Shown: positions 38,801 to 54,100, counted from the first letter of the stretch. The stretch: 64,000 nt of DNA from Lytechinus pictus (GCF_037042905.1 NC_087251.1:8558001-8622000); one strand, 5' to 3'. Numbers and translations are program-made. The notes: generated from the sequence alone by a model not told the origin.

Positions 38801-41800
38801 CAAGGCATGAGTAGGCTGCACATTCAGACCCTTAACTCGAGTGAAGGGTTTGCACAGCAGACCAGCCGAAGCTCTCCTTGATTACATCCAAAAGAATTAA
38901 ATAACTGAGTAAACACTATTTACTTCCGTTTGATTCCTAGTACATGTCCTTCCTGAAAACATACATGTATGTGTTACAACCAAATGAATGTTAAAGCTGT
39001 GGTACATGTACCTAACAACTGTTATAACTGATTGCAGGGATCCACAGTAACCCTTTTTTCTTCTCCTGGTCCAACCTGTTCATGTCAAGCAAGTAGATAC
39101 CAAGTTTTTTTGTTTCATTTTTACTGGTCCGAACCTAAAATTACTGGTTCCCCGAAAATAAAGAAAAGTATTTTTAAAAAGACTTCAAGTTTATTTTGCT
39201 GTCTTTTATTGCTTCCTAAATAAGCCATACAAACAAACAGTAGGCCGTCTCATACACACACAACATAAATCATGAGAGCCATTTCTCAATTTTAGAGATC
39301 TAATTTTTAAGACACCTGCATGCAGAGCCGTTTTTATAATTTGCAAAGAGGAGAAAATATCAATTGTATCAGTTTGATATATTTTTTTACTAGTCTGACA
39401 AGACCAGTAAATCTGGCTATTTCTGAAAAGTTACTGGCCCGACAGTAATTTTACTGGTCTGGGGCCGGTCTTCGGTCGGCCAGTGTCGTGCTCTACTGAT
39501 TGTGATGTATTACTAAGTATTTAAAGGAGCAGCTAGGATATCTAGTAATACATGTTTACGTCAATTCCATTATAAATGTAATTGATACTGAGATAACTAT
39601 CAAGTTTCATTAACTGCTGTAGATAATATATCACTAACAAACCCTCTATTACAGGCGCATGAATGTGGGCCAAAACTAATTTCCCCAGACATACTAAATG
39701 GCCCTTGTAATACAATAAATTGAGATTTCTGTAAATTGGGTTCAACACATAATGCAATTTGAAATGAACAGAAATATAAAGATATTAGTTGTACAGAAGT
39801 TGTTTCTAACAGTTTCCCCTGTCAACCGTCAAGTTTGCCACATTTCTTGAATGCTAAAATACAAATTACAAGTACACTGTACATAAAAGGAAGATGGAAT
39901 TGGCTCTTTAAAATAAGTTCAATGTGATGTTAAGTTGCCTTAGCAATCTAATCTTACTCAACGTGAGTGAACGTAACACCTGAGCTAGCCAGCTTGGCCT
40001 TGATGAAGGAGGTTGGATACATCTCTTGGGAACTGTAAGAAGTTTGTAGCTACGCCTCCTTCCAATGATTCACATGCAATGATTGAAATGAGAACTGAAT
40101 TGCCACTCCCACTGATAGAAATACACTGTTGTACTCGTAACATATACATGGCTTTACACCATGAAGGCAATGGCCTCCTGCCAGAATTACACTTAAAATG
40201 ATATTAGGGGGATTAAAAAGGTATACATTTTTTATTTCTTCTCTGTCCAACAGTTGTTAGAACTGTACATTTTGTAAATGGGCAAGACACTAATTTCCTT
40301 AGACCATCTATAAGTGACATCACTAGAGCATAACTGGCGTAAAGGGTATCTTGCTCAAGTAAACAGGAATCCTGACAAAAATTATGATAATGTTCATAAT
40401 TTTAAAACATGAACCTCATCAAACACATTACATTATCTGGCATTTCCACAATATGCTATTAAAAAGTGTTTAAAGAAATGTTTTGATTGTCAGTACAATC
40501 TATTCTTGTTTCACTGTAAAATCACTGTAAATTTGTTTAAGCACGTTGTTTAAGCCCATCACTCTGTACTGTTTAAACTTATCAAACATGTTTAAAAAGT
40601 TTAAACAATCACAAAAAGTTTAAGCAACTTGTTAGGTTGACAGGATTAAGTTCCCATGCTATTTTTTTTTACTGTGTTGTTGGCTGAGACATATTTTAAA
40701 AAAGAACACTACTTTTGAATGGATTTGTTGAAATTATCATACAAAATTTACATGGTGCTTAAAGAAATACTCTATTCATTTTATGAATTTGATGGTTAAC
40801 TCAAGGACATCGCTGGGACCGAATGAAGAAAGAATTGCAATCAACACGACTCCATAAACCAATGCAACTTAGTTTAAATCTATAATAAGGAGTGTATTAA
40901 ACTTGTGTTTGAGTTTTGTGTGGTTCCCATAAAAGCTAGGTCTCTTATGTTGTATTAGAGACTGTTGTTAAAGCCATTTTGTTAGATGCTATCATTGCGC
41001 AAGCAAATGTGATTATTTAATTAGTATCCCTTCTATGAATATTCATGAGTATTCTAAGTAAATGAATGGTCAGTTGTTGCTCAGTGATAAGAATAATTTT
41101 ACACTATATTTTCCGGGGTAGCTTTATCATTCAAATACCAGTCCAACCTTGGTCAAATGATTACCGTACCTCTACGTGTATTTTCTCAAAGCCTGGTATA
41201 TATTATCGGAACTCCCAGTACGTTTAAGGGATTTTTTTTTGTTTAAAGATGGGCACTACTTTGATATTGTGTGAAACATTTTGGCTTAATAATCACTTGT
41301 TACAGAACATAGTTTACATTTCAATAGTGCAGTAGCTTTTTAATTATACAGGTTTAACCTTGTTTGGCTTAATTAAGTATTATCCTATCATCGAGTCTGG
41401 CACCTTTCCCATGGGAAAGCATTGTTCACACTAGCAATGGGGACAAATCTCAGCAACGTTTTATGTACAAAATCAATAAGAGGATATAAATGCACTTTAG
41501 ACCAATAAAGTGCTTTAAAATTAACAAAAAAAGTGTGATATCTCAACTGACTTTGACGAATTCTATTTGAAAGTTGATGCATAAAATGATGTGGATTCAT
41601 TTGGAACTTGCAAGTGGAGCAGTTGTCACTTTCTATGTCTGAGCAAAAATTTATCTGAGCATTGCCGCGCTTGTCTAAACACACCTTAATGAGTAGTTGA
41701 TGGAGGAGTGAGAAATATTAAGAAATTCCCAACCATGGTCCATTTTCAAAGAATTGAATTCATAATGTATGAGTACTCTTGAAATATGAATACTTTAATA

Positions 41801-44800
41801 TGAATGAAGATTATAATTAGGAACATTGAGGCTGGAATTAAGAAGATAAGAATTGATGTAAAGCAGTTTTTGTATTACTTTTTTCCATTATACACTATAG
41901 TTTATATAAAGTGGAAAGAAACTCCTCCTAGCCCACGCAATGCCATCTTGTAGATCCTTATAGAATATTGCATAGATGACCCAATTAAAGATTGTATCTT
42001 GGATTGAGATGCTCATGCAAACACCACAAGCCCTCTTTTATATTACATGATAGACTTCTTTATGAAGTGTTTGAATGCCTACTGGATACCATTATAGCAT
42101 GGACCTATTACGAATGGACATTCAACGAGAGCATTTTATGACCACCACCTGTTTCCAGCTGTCAAAATTGCTGTCTAACCCTTAACTTTCTCTTTACGCG
42201 GTTTTTACAACGACCGCCCGGGGTGATTGTTTACACAAGCTCCTTTCGCCCGATGATCGTCACCGATCGATCACTGGCCCTCTTTCGACCAAAGACGGTC
42301 ATGTTGTAGCCCCGATTGCCAATAGGGAAAGTCCTTACATTACCTAGAATGCAATGCGCAATTCATATCCGGTTTTTCAGTACATTATTTTAGGCTCTCT
42401 ATAATGTGCGATTGTCGTCTGTCCATCAAAAAAAATCCCGTTAAATTTCATCAATCCTGTGGAATTTTATGCCCAAATGAAAATCAACTTCTGACCGAAG
42501 GTAAGCGCTACTATCGACATCGATACTGTCCGAAAAAGCTGAGATTTTAACGTTTTTCCGCAGATTTTTTCGTCGAATTTCAACTGCTTTTTTGCCGTAG
42601 ATATACGGATCTGCAAGGTGATGTCAATGCATTTCATTTCCGGTTGTTAGCGATGTACGTAAAAAATACGTTTATGCACGCCTGTTTTCTTGTTTCTGCT
42701 ATCATTTTCATAGCGCTAACGTTCGATGCTGTGCGTTGCTTTTGATAAAGTGAACGAACAACATCGCAATGGGTAGGAGCAGCGTACAATTGATTTCCGC
42801 TGTCAATCAGTGAGAGCATGTTTTACGACCGGCTTGATGGGTGTCAGCTGCCAGCGCTCTGTTTATAAAAGGATTAGCGGCGACGGTCTCTGTGTCAAAG
42901 GAGGGGATTCGTTGAATGTCCATTCGTAATAGGTCCATGATTATAGTGATCATTGATGGTAAGCTGGTAAGATATTTTATTATCAAATTGTTACACCCAA
43001 TGCAAGCAACATCAGGTACTATTACCATGTATTGTGCTCCTATTTACTGTGGGTGAAACTGATCAACAAGTACGTAACTTCCAGAGCTTTTTAAGATTGA
43101 AAAATTAAGGTTATGCATATAAGTTCTTCTCACTTCACTGGAAATGTATTTGGCCTGATATGGAAACTTTTCCTAGTCATTTGTTACTTAGAATTAAAGC
43201 CACAATATATCCTGCAGCTTCTCTCTTTCTTTCTCTTTCTCTCTCTCTCTGTATACATGTAGGCTTACTAATACAACTGCCTTGTTGATTAATAACTTGA
43301 GAGCAATATTTATAGGCTTTTGTGGTGCAATGTTTTTTTTCTTTCTGAATTGCCAATTATTCCTGGCATACAGGATGTAAATTTTCCTAAATATCTCTGC
43401 GCAAGACCCAAAGTTTTTCTATCTTTGTTGCAATTATGATCAAACTGTAATTCATTTATGGAAGTATTTATAAATGATCTATAAATCCAGTCTTTTGATT
43501 TCATTAAAAATAGGAAGTGTTCATAAGGATAAGCTGTTAGGAAATATATTCACAAGTTTAATGCGATTCATGTCAAGTATAATATGTCAGTTATGCACAG
43601 TTAATGATAATATCTGAAAACTGTTCAAGAAATGATCACCACTAGTGAATAAATCAATAAATAATCCTACGCTGTACGTCACTGCTTTTATTTTCTCACA
43701 TTTCAGTAATTGTAATGGGAAAGAGTAATTTTACATCATGTTCACAATAAAGACATTTATAAAACTTTGAATCACCCTCATGCCAAATTTAGTATTCAGA
43801 ATCCATTGAAATTTGATAACCACCATTATCTTGAAATGACACACTGTACTTTCTCATTATTCAATAGGAAGTTTTTCTTTGTAAACATAACATATATTTC
43901 AAATGAATTTGTAATGTCTCTAACAATGTGATATGATGATAATTAGATTGTATTCAAAATTCATGTTCATGGCCACTTGTCTATTTACAATAATTCACAT
44001 TAGATTTTAGACTTACTATAATAAACAGGATTGCTCACTGTGTCTTCTTAATTTTCATGACTTTTACAAATAGCTGTTGAGACAATTTAACAACTTCCAA
44101 ATATTTTGGCATGCTTTGAAAGTAATGCATAATACCCTAACAGCTTGAAATAAAGTCCCCAACTTTTAATTTCTGTTTAAAATCATATGATCATGAGTCA
44201 TATGATGAGAGGGCTTTCAGGTGGGAAATTAATTGTGCTTAACAAACATTAGAACCCATTATTTGAAGAAGAAATCACAGATTTTATTTTATTAACATAT
44301 AATTGCTTAAATCAAATTATGACATGCTAATTATGATGCAGGTTTTTTATGACTAAAGCTGCGAACAAGTGACATTTAAATAACCCTTTTTTCAAACTTG
44401 TCGCCAGATTTTACTTATACATCAGCTTGAGGAACTGAAATGAACGCATGTGGCACTATACAAGTACAACGAGCAATTCTCCTTGTGCATTGTGATGAAG
44501 ACAGTGTCGAGTGTGTGCAGCAATCTCGAAATCAACAAGTCACAAAAATTATGAACACAAAAATACCACCATATAAAGAACACAAACATACCACCATATA
44601 AAGTACTTTAATTTTGGTTGAAGATCATCATCTGAGGACTTCAACTCTCAGGAGGTCATCAAAGTATCACACCTTCTTTAATATAATATATTCATTCAGG
44701 TTCTACATGTATATGATTCATCTAATTTCATCATTGGAAAGGAAGGTCATGCTTGCTCCTCCCTTGGACTCGTATTTCACTTGTCACCTTTTGAAAAGGC

Positions 44801-47221
44801 TTCAACCTATTACAATAATCAGCTTACATTCCCTACAATCCCTGATTTGTATAAGATAATTAGATAACTTATGTATATTGCATTATGCTACACCTTCTTT
44901 ATGTTCAATTTCAATTCGTCATTTCTCTTTGTATATAGAGGTATATCTTTATAATAATTGGAAATATATGTATTGATGTATTACTGATTTATACGACATA
45001 CAGTTATGAATGTTTTTGTTTATGTTATCATTGTATATATTTTAAAACAAAATATTCATGCCATATGAATGAAGTTTGTTAATAAATTCAAATTCAAATT
45101 CAATCCCAAATAAAGAAAAACCTTAGGAAAATATATTAAAACATTATATAAATCTATACTGACTTGATTTGAATAAAATGATATTGACCAGAGAAATACA
45201 TGACACCATCCCTCTCTGTCAGATTAAAAAATAATAATGCAAGCAGTAAACGACTTCCCTTTTTCTGACTAGTACTATTTTTTCACAATTTTTCTTCTTT
45301 TATTAGATTAGAAAAATAAAACCAACTTGAAATTAGGGTTAAAAACTTTAATTTAAAAAGGAGTCATATTGCTTTAATGTTTTCATATCCTGAAATGAAT
45401 AAAAAAATCAGTTGCAGCACTAAAATTCCTGAAAAAATAGATATTGCATATGTATGTCTTTTCTTAAAAATAATTATGCAATCACATTGTTAACAAGTAA
45501 TCAAAGTAGATTACAACAAAAATAAAATAAAGCACTAAAATGACTTGCTTGTTTTCTTTGCAAGACTACAAGTTTATTTATTAAATCATTTTGGAGTATG
45601 TGAGTTTATAATAAGATGGAAACTAAAACTCTTCTAAATTGCTCTTGCCTACTGCCATAATTATTACATGTATGCACTGGTTTACGAGGAAAGTTTGATA
45701 AGCAAAATCCACTCCAATAATTAGGTAGCTAAATTAAGGACAACTCCATGCAGAAATTTTATCACAAATTGTCTCTTGCATAAGAACAGGCCTACTTGAT
45801 TTGCTTATGGTTAGAGAATATATTCCTAATTTCATAAACCTGTGGTAGATTCCCAAGTACTGTTCTGATGTAATCTGACTGTAGATTGTACTATTGAAAC
45901 CAAAGGAAAGACTAAATGATTATAGGTCAATGGTTCTTCAATGCCAATATACTGCTTTCAGGTACTTGTTTTATAATTACTTTATGTTTTTTTAGATGGA
46001 ATTGAGAAGGTTGATTTATTGAAAAGCAAACTCATTTTGTCCTTTGTACACACACTTCACACACTTTCTAGAAAGAAGAAAGTGATTAATTTGATAACTG
46101 GAAGAATGATTAAATGTATTCTTTTAGATATGATATTATGAAGTATTCATTTGTCAAGATATTACAATTTAATGTGTATTGTGTAATTTCTATGTTCAAA
46201 GATCCCTCCCCTCATGGTACCCAAGCAATGGTTCAAGGAACAATCCAGGATTGATGCTACTATATCTGGCTTTGTGAGAACATTGAGCGAGGGTGGTTAT
46301 CAAGTAAGTATATTATTTCACTAATATAGTTTTCCACTTGCTTTCCAAGATATGGAGATCATATTATAGTTCCTGGTAATATATTCCTTTGATACTCTGA
46401 ATATAGATACTACTCGTTATCACATATCCATTTACACGTGGCAGTAAAGCATGTTTGAAAATTCTCTTAATTAGAAAGGTACTTTTGTTTTCACTTTCAA
46501 AGCCTTGTACCGGTAAAATACCTTTGAGAATTGATTCTATGAATGACATAATTATATTTGTTGCCCTGAAGTTATCTATACTTCTGCATTCCCTCGGTTT
46601 ACATGTGCAAAATATGCTGATGAAACCATTCCTCATCTATATGAATTTATGTAGTTTTTGTTTTGCAGTCATGCACCTTTTCTGTGCACATTAAATTTAG
46701 CTTGGCTAAGATCAAATGAGTGACCATTGGGTGATTTTAAGTCCAGTGTTTAAATGCTACAGTACATTACAGAGGACATGCCTAGACCAACTTCAGATTA
46801 TCCATTGTGAAGGCAGATGCAATGATGTGGGATATAATTCAGGGACTCTATTTGTCAAGATGTATTTGTAATTAAAATCATATGATATTGGCCACTCATT
46901 TGTTTTAACTGGTAATGGTAATCATTGAAAGAATTTAACCCTAATTTATTTTATTTTCAACACTGTCGCAGATATATATATATATATATATATGTGCGTG
47001 TTTGGTGTAACGCGCTTCGCGCGATCGCGACATGCATTGTTCAATGGTATTGAAAAGTTTTATCAGTTGCCTGAAGATCGCACCTCACGTAGGTTGCGTG
47101 AAACTCAGAGTTGCAATTAAATTTGATGAACCTCCAGTCAACCTTGTGAACTTGTGTTTATTATTCAAAGCTCTTCCTGTGAAGGACATCGAGCACTCTA
47201 TACAAGGATAGTATTCCCGAA

Positions 47222-47260
<39 letters not shown>

Positions 47261-48099
47261 TATATTACGTAGGATGTATGTATATATATATTCTTTATTG
47301 TGTCCTAAAGTCTAACATTATAGTCTGAGATGCATGCTTTCTGATGATGATTATTTTTTTAAAGGTGATAGTTTGTGTGTTTCCAAGTCCATGGTAGGAA
47401 ATCCAATTTGAGAAATGACAACCTCATGAATGATGTTTCCAGCTTTTCTGCATGGATAACATGTATCGTTGCAAGAGCATCAGTGGAGTCTGATTTCAAT
47501 TAAAACTCTAATCCTTTGGCATAATTGTTGTTCCACATGTTGAAAAAGGATGTATGCTCCCATTACTGAAACAATAATCCTTACCATGTTTGAGCATGTT
47601 TGAATGAAAAAATGCAATTTATTATTTAACAATCATTCAAAGAAAAATGTTTAAATGAAATTTTTGCTTTTTCTTGTAGCATTGCTCAATTCAGATTGCA
47701 TTTATTTGGGCTTGCACTAAAGAATAAAACCTTTATTCAAATTCAAATGTAAAAGACTTAGTCCAACCGTAAAACCAGTTTGTCACAGTTTTTCTTCTTT
47801 GTAGCTTGTGTGCAGCAAAACAAAGGCACAACTTGATACTGTGAAGTTATTTGAAATAACTGATTCAAACAAACATAAGGTAAAAATAGGCTGGACCCCC
47901 GTTTGTTATCCTGGCCAACATGGCTAAAGATGAATATCCTGGCATGCATGCTCATGTAAAACCGATGAGAGAACTCATGTATGAATTGCCACAGGTCAAA
48001 ACTGAGTAACTGACCATTTCATGAACACATCAACATACTGCAAAAAAATCATGACTAGAATAAGAGATTATCTCCCATATCTTTGGTAAAATAATAATA

Positions 48100-48130
<31 letters not shown>

Positions 48131-51100
48131 TAATAGTAATAATAATAGTAATAATATTATATTAATAATAATAATAATAATAGGTATTTATATAGCGCCA
48201 TCTATCTAGAAATAATCTATTCTGAGGCGCATTGTTTATTATTATTATTTAGTCTTAGCTCGAGCTGCCTTTTAGCGCTCAGTGCATTCAAGGAATCAAT
48301 CCTGACGGTTACCAATTCACGTCACCTGGGTTGAGTGCAGCACAATGTGGATAAATTTCTTGCTGAAGGAAATTATGCAATGGCTTGGATTCGAACCCAC
48401 GGCCCTCTTGTTTCAAAGTCAGAAGACTAATCCACTGGGCCACAACGCTCCACGCTATTAATAGTAATACATATGAATTATAATGCGCCAATTTTACTCT
48501 GTAGAGTGCTCAAGGCCCATAAAGGTTTTAAGAACATTTTTGAAAGACTCAACAGAGATACAATTTTGATGTCTTCAGGAAGTCGTGTTACATAGTATGG
48601 GGCACGCATGAGTAAAGGATCTTACCCCCCAAGTTTTTGAAACTTTTGGAACCACAAGCAAATAAGATGATGAAGAATGTAGAGAACTAGTGGGTATGTA
48701 ATAATTGATAAAAAGAAAGATTGTATTGTGAAACTGATCCATGAATGCAATGAAAAGTGAGCAACAAAATCTTGAAAGTTATCCGATCCTTGATATATTC
48801 AAGACAGATTAAAAAATATATTTTGTAAGTTTCAGATCAATCAATATACTACTACATATGAGCATTACATTGTATATGAGATTTTTAGTTGTGGAGAGGG
48901 GGAAGGGCCTCAAGATTTCATTCAGGGAATTGAAGAAGACCTTGCTGTGATAAATGTTGTCTGCGTCTATATAGCCCACTTGTTTCCTTTCAATTCTATT
49001 AATATACAGATTGATATTCACTCAGTTATGAATAGAATAAACAGATGAATAATCCATTTTCCTTGGCATCATTGATATAATAACCATAATGAAAATCAGC
49101 AGTATATAAGAAAATAATACTCCTTTAAATAGCATTAAATTCATGAAAATAATCTTATGTATAAACACAGTATCTGCACAAATATATTATGACATACATT
49201 TATATGGTTTTGACCCTTACTTTAATTATACATATATTGTGCAATTTAATCATCAATGTAGAAAGGATAATTATTATATAAAAGTAGATATGAATTAAAT
49301 ATTATTTTGAGTTAATTCTATTTTGATGCTAGCATCTGTTAGTAATCTAAATTTCCAAACTGTGTAGCCTACCAACAACTACAAATCACTTATGATCTTC
49401 CATGAAATTTTGTGTAGTCGTACGTTTCTGATTGATATCTGTCTTTCATTCACTTCAGCTTTGAAAGTGAGAAGCGTAATGAAACCATGGTTATTCAAAT
49501 TTTCCACTGTTGAATAAAAAAAAAAAAAAAAGTCTAAGCTTGATAGAAGAGTGTTACGTGTACCTTGCGATGACTGACTATTCCTTTGTAGCTGTTAGAA
49601 AATGAATGTTACTCAAGAACATTACTAGAGTTACGGAAGAGAAAGTAGTACTTACCCAAGCTTGTTCCTCTTGGAAGTATTCCGAGTGAGAATATATTCC
49701 TGTTTACTTTGGATGAACATGATCACATGTAAGCCTGTTGGCTTGGTATCAACAAGTTACTGTGGGATGTGAAACCGTGAGTGCTTGTGTTTTGTTGGGA
49801 TTTTATTTACCTCCTACTCTCTCTCTCTATCACCATGTATTTCCTCCTCTCTCGCTCTCTATCTCTATGCGCAGACCAACAACTTTATTGCCTGTGACGC
49901 TCACATCCTGGCCACACCAAGGCTTGCAGACCTCGATGGAGATGGCAGAAAGGAGGAACTTGCACTTCCTGTGTCGTATTATGAAGAGCTTGAGTCACCA
50001 AGGTAACTGAAAAGTTTTAATGTCTTCTGGGTCCTACAACACAAAATATACTATTGTGTAATTGATAGTGTATGGCAAACCATGTACAGGAATTACAATT
50101 GATTAAAAATATGAATCATAACCTTCTATGTTTCAGTTTCTAGGAGCAGGAGTCCTGGAGCCTGTTGCAAAAATAGTTACAATCAATTGCAACCCTGAGA
50201 ATCATTCGAAACTTCATTCCAAAAGCGTATTCGGGACTTAGGCTTGATGTTTTGAGATTTGTTTATTAATGATAAAATAATAATATGCAACATTTATATA
50301 GCGCTTAAAATGTTTCTCAGCGCTGCAAAATATTACCTTGGCTGTAGTAAGGCTATTCTTATCAGGCGCTTGAGCATTCAAGGAATTTATTCCTGCCGGG
50401 CTATCATTTACTTCACCTGATTGGAGAGTGGCAAATGTAGATAAATGCCTTGCCAAAGGATATGAGTGCTGCGATGGGATTAGAACCCTGATCCTTGTGG
50501 TTCAAATTCTGGAGACTTATCCACTAAAGCCACAACACCTCTTCAAAGCACAACTCTTTCTGCAACAGACTCCTGATCATGTTTCCTTTGTTTATTTTCG
50601 TTGGGTATGTGTGTATAGCTCTCTCTTTATCCTATCATTTCTAAGTTTGACTCTGAACTTGAAAGAAGCTGTTGGAATGACCGATTCTTAACCCTTTATT
50701 CTGGAGCCATATTTATTCAGACAATACCCTGCTAATGTTTTCATTAGGAACTCTATCTCGTACACCTGTAGTCTGTGTAAGTCAGGATATTGCTATTGCC
50801 TTACACCAACAGTGTCTGATGTACTTTCCTTCACCCTCAAACTCTACCTGTAATCTCTTCATTTATACCTGTTCTGATCAAGTGTAGAAGGGGCCCTCTG
50901 AAGCATAGAGAACGTATATCGAGAAGGAATCACCCTTATGGCTTGCTCACACATGTTTCAACAGTGCTCAGCAAAAAATTTTGTGTGCAAAGTCGATGCA
51001 ATATGAGTCTTTGAAAAAATGTTGCTGAAGAAAAAGACTTTGTCACCTTGGCAGAAAAAATATGCGGACCAACCAATTTTTTTAAAGGTTTTTGAAAATA

Positions 51101-54100
51101 TCTTTTATCTAGATTTTCATGATTATGATTTCATGAGTTAATTCAGGCAACTTTGGACAAATCTTTGAGACTTAAAGCTTGCCCGTTATTATTTAGGAGG
51201 TGATTTGTCTCACCATGTTTACTCATAACTGATTCTTATTGAGTGTTGAATTTTTACAGTGTTAAATTTTACCTCTCACTTTCAGGTGAATGAATCATAA
51301 GGTATAATGAAAAATATCCCATCAAGGGTAGCACTCACTCATTGAGATCCATTACTGACTCAAGGGCAATGACCATCCTATATATCCCCTAATTTCCTCA
51401 CATTGTTCAAGGCATTTTAGCCTTCAATCCTCTCTAAATTTCTCTCAATTTCCTCAATCATCTTGTCTCCTAAATATAAGATAAATGGTTCGGAAAAGAA
51501 GGATGAGAGCCAAATCACTGACCTAATGTATTGAATTCCTCTTGTCAGCAGAATTTGCTTGATTTATATTTTGGTTCTATTTCACTATTGATTTATATGC
51601 ATTTTGTTTTGTTTTGATTTTATCATTTTTTATTTGAAATTTCCTACTTATATTATCCTTCAACTTTTTAAATCACATTTTGTAACTAAGGCAAGCAGTG
51701 AACAAGAAAGCATATATATTCAGTTTTTTTCTCAGTACCTTCTAGGGTCAGAAGTTTTTGAAGGATAGGATAAGCTAAGATGTTTTTAGGCTTATTTACT
51801 ATCTTTATTTATCTGTAGGCTTGGTAATGAGCATGGTTACATATTAAATAAATGTGACAGTTTTAAAGCTACAGTGTAGGCTCAATAGGCCAGTCTGGTA
51901 TTACCTCATGGGCAATTTTGGTTAAATGACCTTTCATTTTTTACATTATGATAGGCAGATTTCAAAGCAAGATATGTAAGCATGCCTTACATAGCAGGAT
52001 GTAGAAATTGTATAGACCAGGTGACTAGAATAGCACACCAATGAACACTATGAAAGTATTTGTTGCCTTTTTACTTTGAATGCATTAACAAGTTGCTATA
52101 ACAATGTACTTGGCCAATTGTGAAATACCAGTTGCTAGTAGATGCATTGTTTTTTTTGTGTGGATCTAATGAAAAACAAAATTCAAAAGAATATATGAAT
52201 AATCAAGACATCAAAGTTGGTGTTTATCTCATTAGATATAAACCACCATGTCACTTTTAGTCCGAATGACCTTCTTATGATCATGTGCAAAATGGAACTC
52301 CAAACTGGCTTATTGAACATTATTGCATTTATTTCTGACATTGAAGAGAAGGTTGAATGCTTTCTTCAAACATTTAAAATAAGGATTATAAAGTCACAAT
52401 AGGCTCAATAAGAACTGATCAATAGACTTTGGGACATAAGTTCTTTTGGCATGTTTCTACAGAGAATCGTAAAATCGGTTTTTCTTATCTGAAATAAAAA
52501 AACCGTATCGCCCTGTCACCAACCTGTTTCTACAGTGCGAATAAGCCGATTAACTCACGTCCGAAACGGATTAACACGGCAATAACCACCTCCCAGAGGT
52601 GATTATGAGAAACCGTATTTTGTGCGATGCGGTTTCGCGTCTGTTTCTACAGGGAAGTTTTCCGGAATTCTGGATACTTATGCGGGTAATACCGTTTAAC
52701 GATTCTCTGTAGAAACACACTGTTTGATTTATAAAGATTGGTAAGTTACTATGCTCAATAGTGAAAATGACATGGCTTTATATTATCAATTTGATACAGA
52801 ACAGCATACAGGACGTTTCAAGCAAACTTTTAGATTGCATATAGTTGAAATACAAAAAATAAATGGGAAAATTCCATATTTTTTATTATTAGAAGCCAGC
52901 GTATTATCAATACCCTGGAAACGTTGAATAAGTTTATCTCTGTATTATGTCAGACAAACAGACATTCAGATGATTCATGCTCATAGCTAATGTTACTAGA
53001 TTAGTTTCTAATGATGCTACTGACAGGTTTTTGATTAACAGGAGTTTGTGTTCAGGAAATCAACTAACGGCCAAACCAATTTTCTTGGTGATGTATGTGG
53101 CACAGTTTATGGAGAACTTGACTGTGTGAATTCAGACAAAGAACTTTATGCCTAAAATGGGAATTTGATGGGTTAAGCCTAGGTATATCATTTTAAAGGG
53201 GGAAAGTTTGTTGAGATTTCAGAAAATGTTTCTATTGAATAAAATCAAACAAATGACCACCAGTTGTAATTTTGTATTCCTAATCATTCTGGTATAAGCT
53301 ATTAAAAGTAGTAGATGCTCTGTATTTAGCACAAAGACCAGTCTTTACTTTTGAATTTTTTCTACTGCTTAATGAATGCTTGTGCCTAACTGTTGGCAAT
53401 TTTCAGCTTAATATTTTTTCTATGATGGTTTGTTATTTCATGTTTGGATTCCTTAAACCATATAACAACGTTTATTGATGAAAAAGGAATTTGCCTTGAT
53501 TTAAAGACTCACAAGTATTGCTCACTGCGACTGTTCAGTTTGACTTTTTATAAAATGGTGAAATTCAATAGATTGTTGTGATAAATGGGTATTTCAGATA
53601 TGTTTAGTCTTCTTTCCGGTTTTCAAACGTGACAAATACATGTATTTTAAAGCCTCTAGACTAAAGTGAAATTCAAATATTAAACATGAAGCAAATGCTT
53701 TAACTTCAACAACATTGATCTCAGAGCAAGGACACATAAAGCAATAACATTTAGAAAGTAAAGACACATTCTATTCAATGATCTTAACTTGCTTTATCAA
53801 CTACAGGTACTTGTGATATTTGAGATCTTTGATTTTATAGGAAAATCTTCAAAATTTAATTTAGGAAATATATTTTGAAATTAAAATGTGTTATTTTTCA
53901 TTTGCAGAAATATATGATTGACTTTAAAATATCACTTGTACATGTTGCTTCAATGTCAATGAATTTCATTGTATAAAATAGTACATTGCCTTTGTGTCCT
54001 TAAAAAGTTAAGTGTGTAGCACTTTTTAAGGGAAGTAGATGTGAGCAAAATTACCTGCAAAATTTGATAAGCCTGTCAATCTTTTTTTTTCCTTGTGTGA

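Noticed and set aside
39900..41720. Possible old non-LTR retrotransposon coding relics or extra exons
   Set aside because: No motif could be pinned down confidently, and exon 3 joins exon 4 in frame without them.
44606..44680. CTGAGGA-containing stem as a second hammerhead
   Set aside because: No GAAA box or helix III at the required position.
48370..48452. tRNA gene
   Set aside because: It has A and B boxes but no full cloverleaf, and continues into a SINE body and tail.
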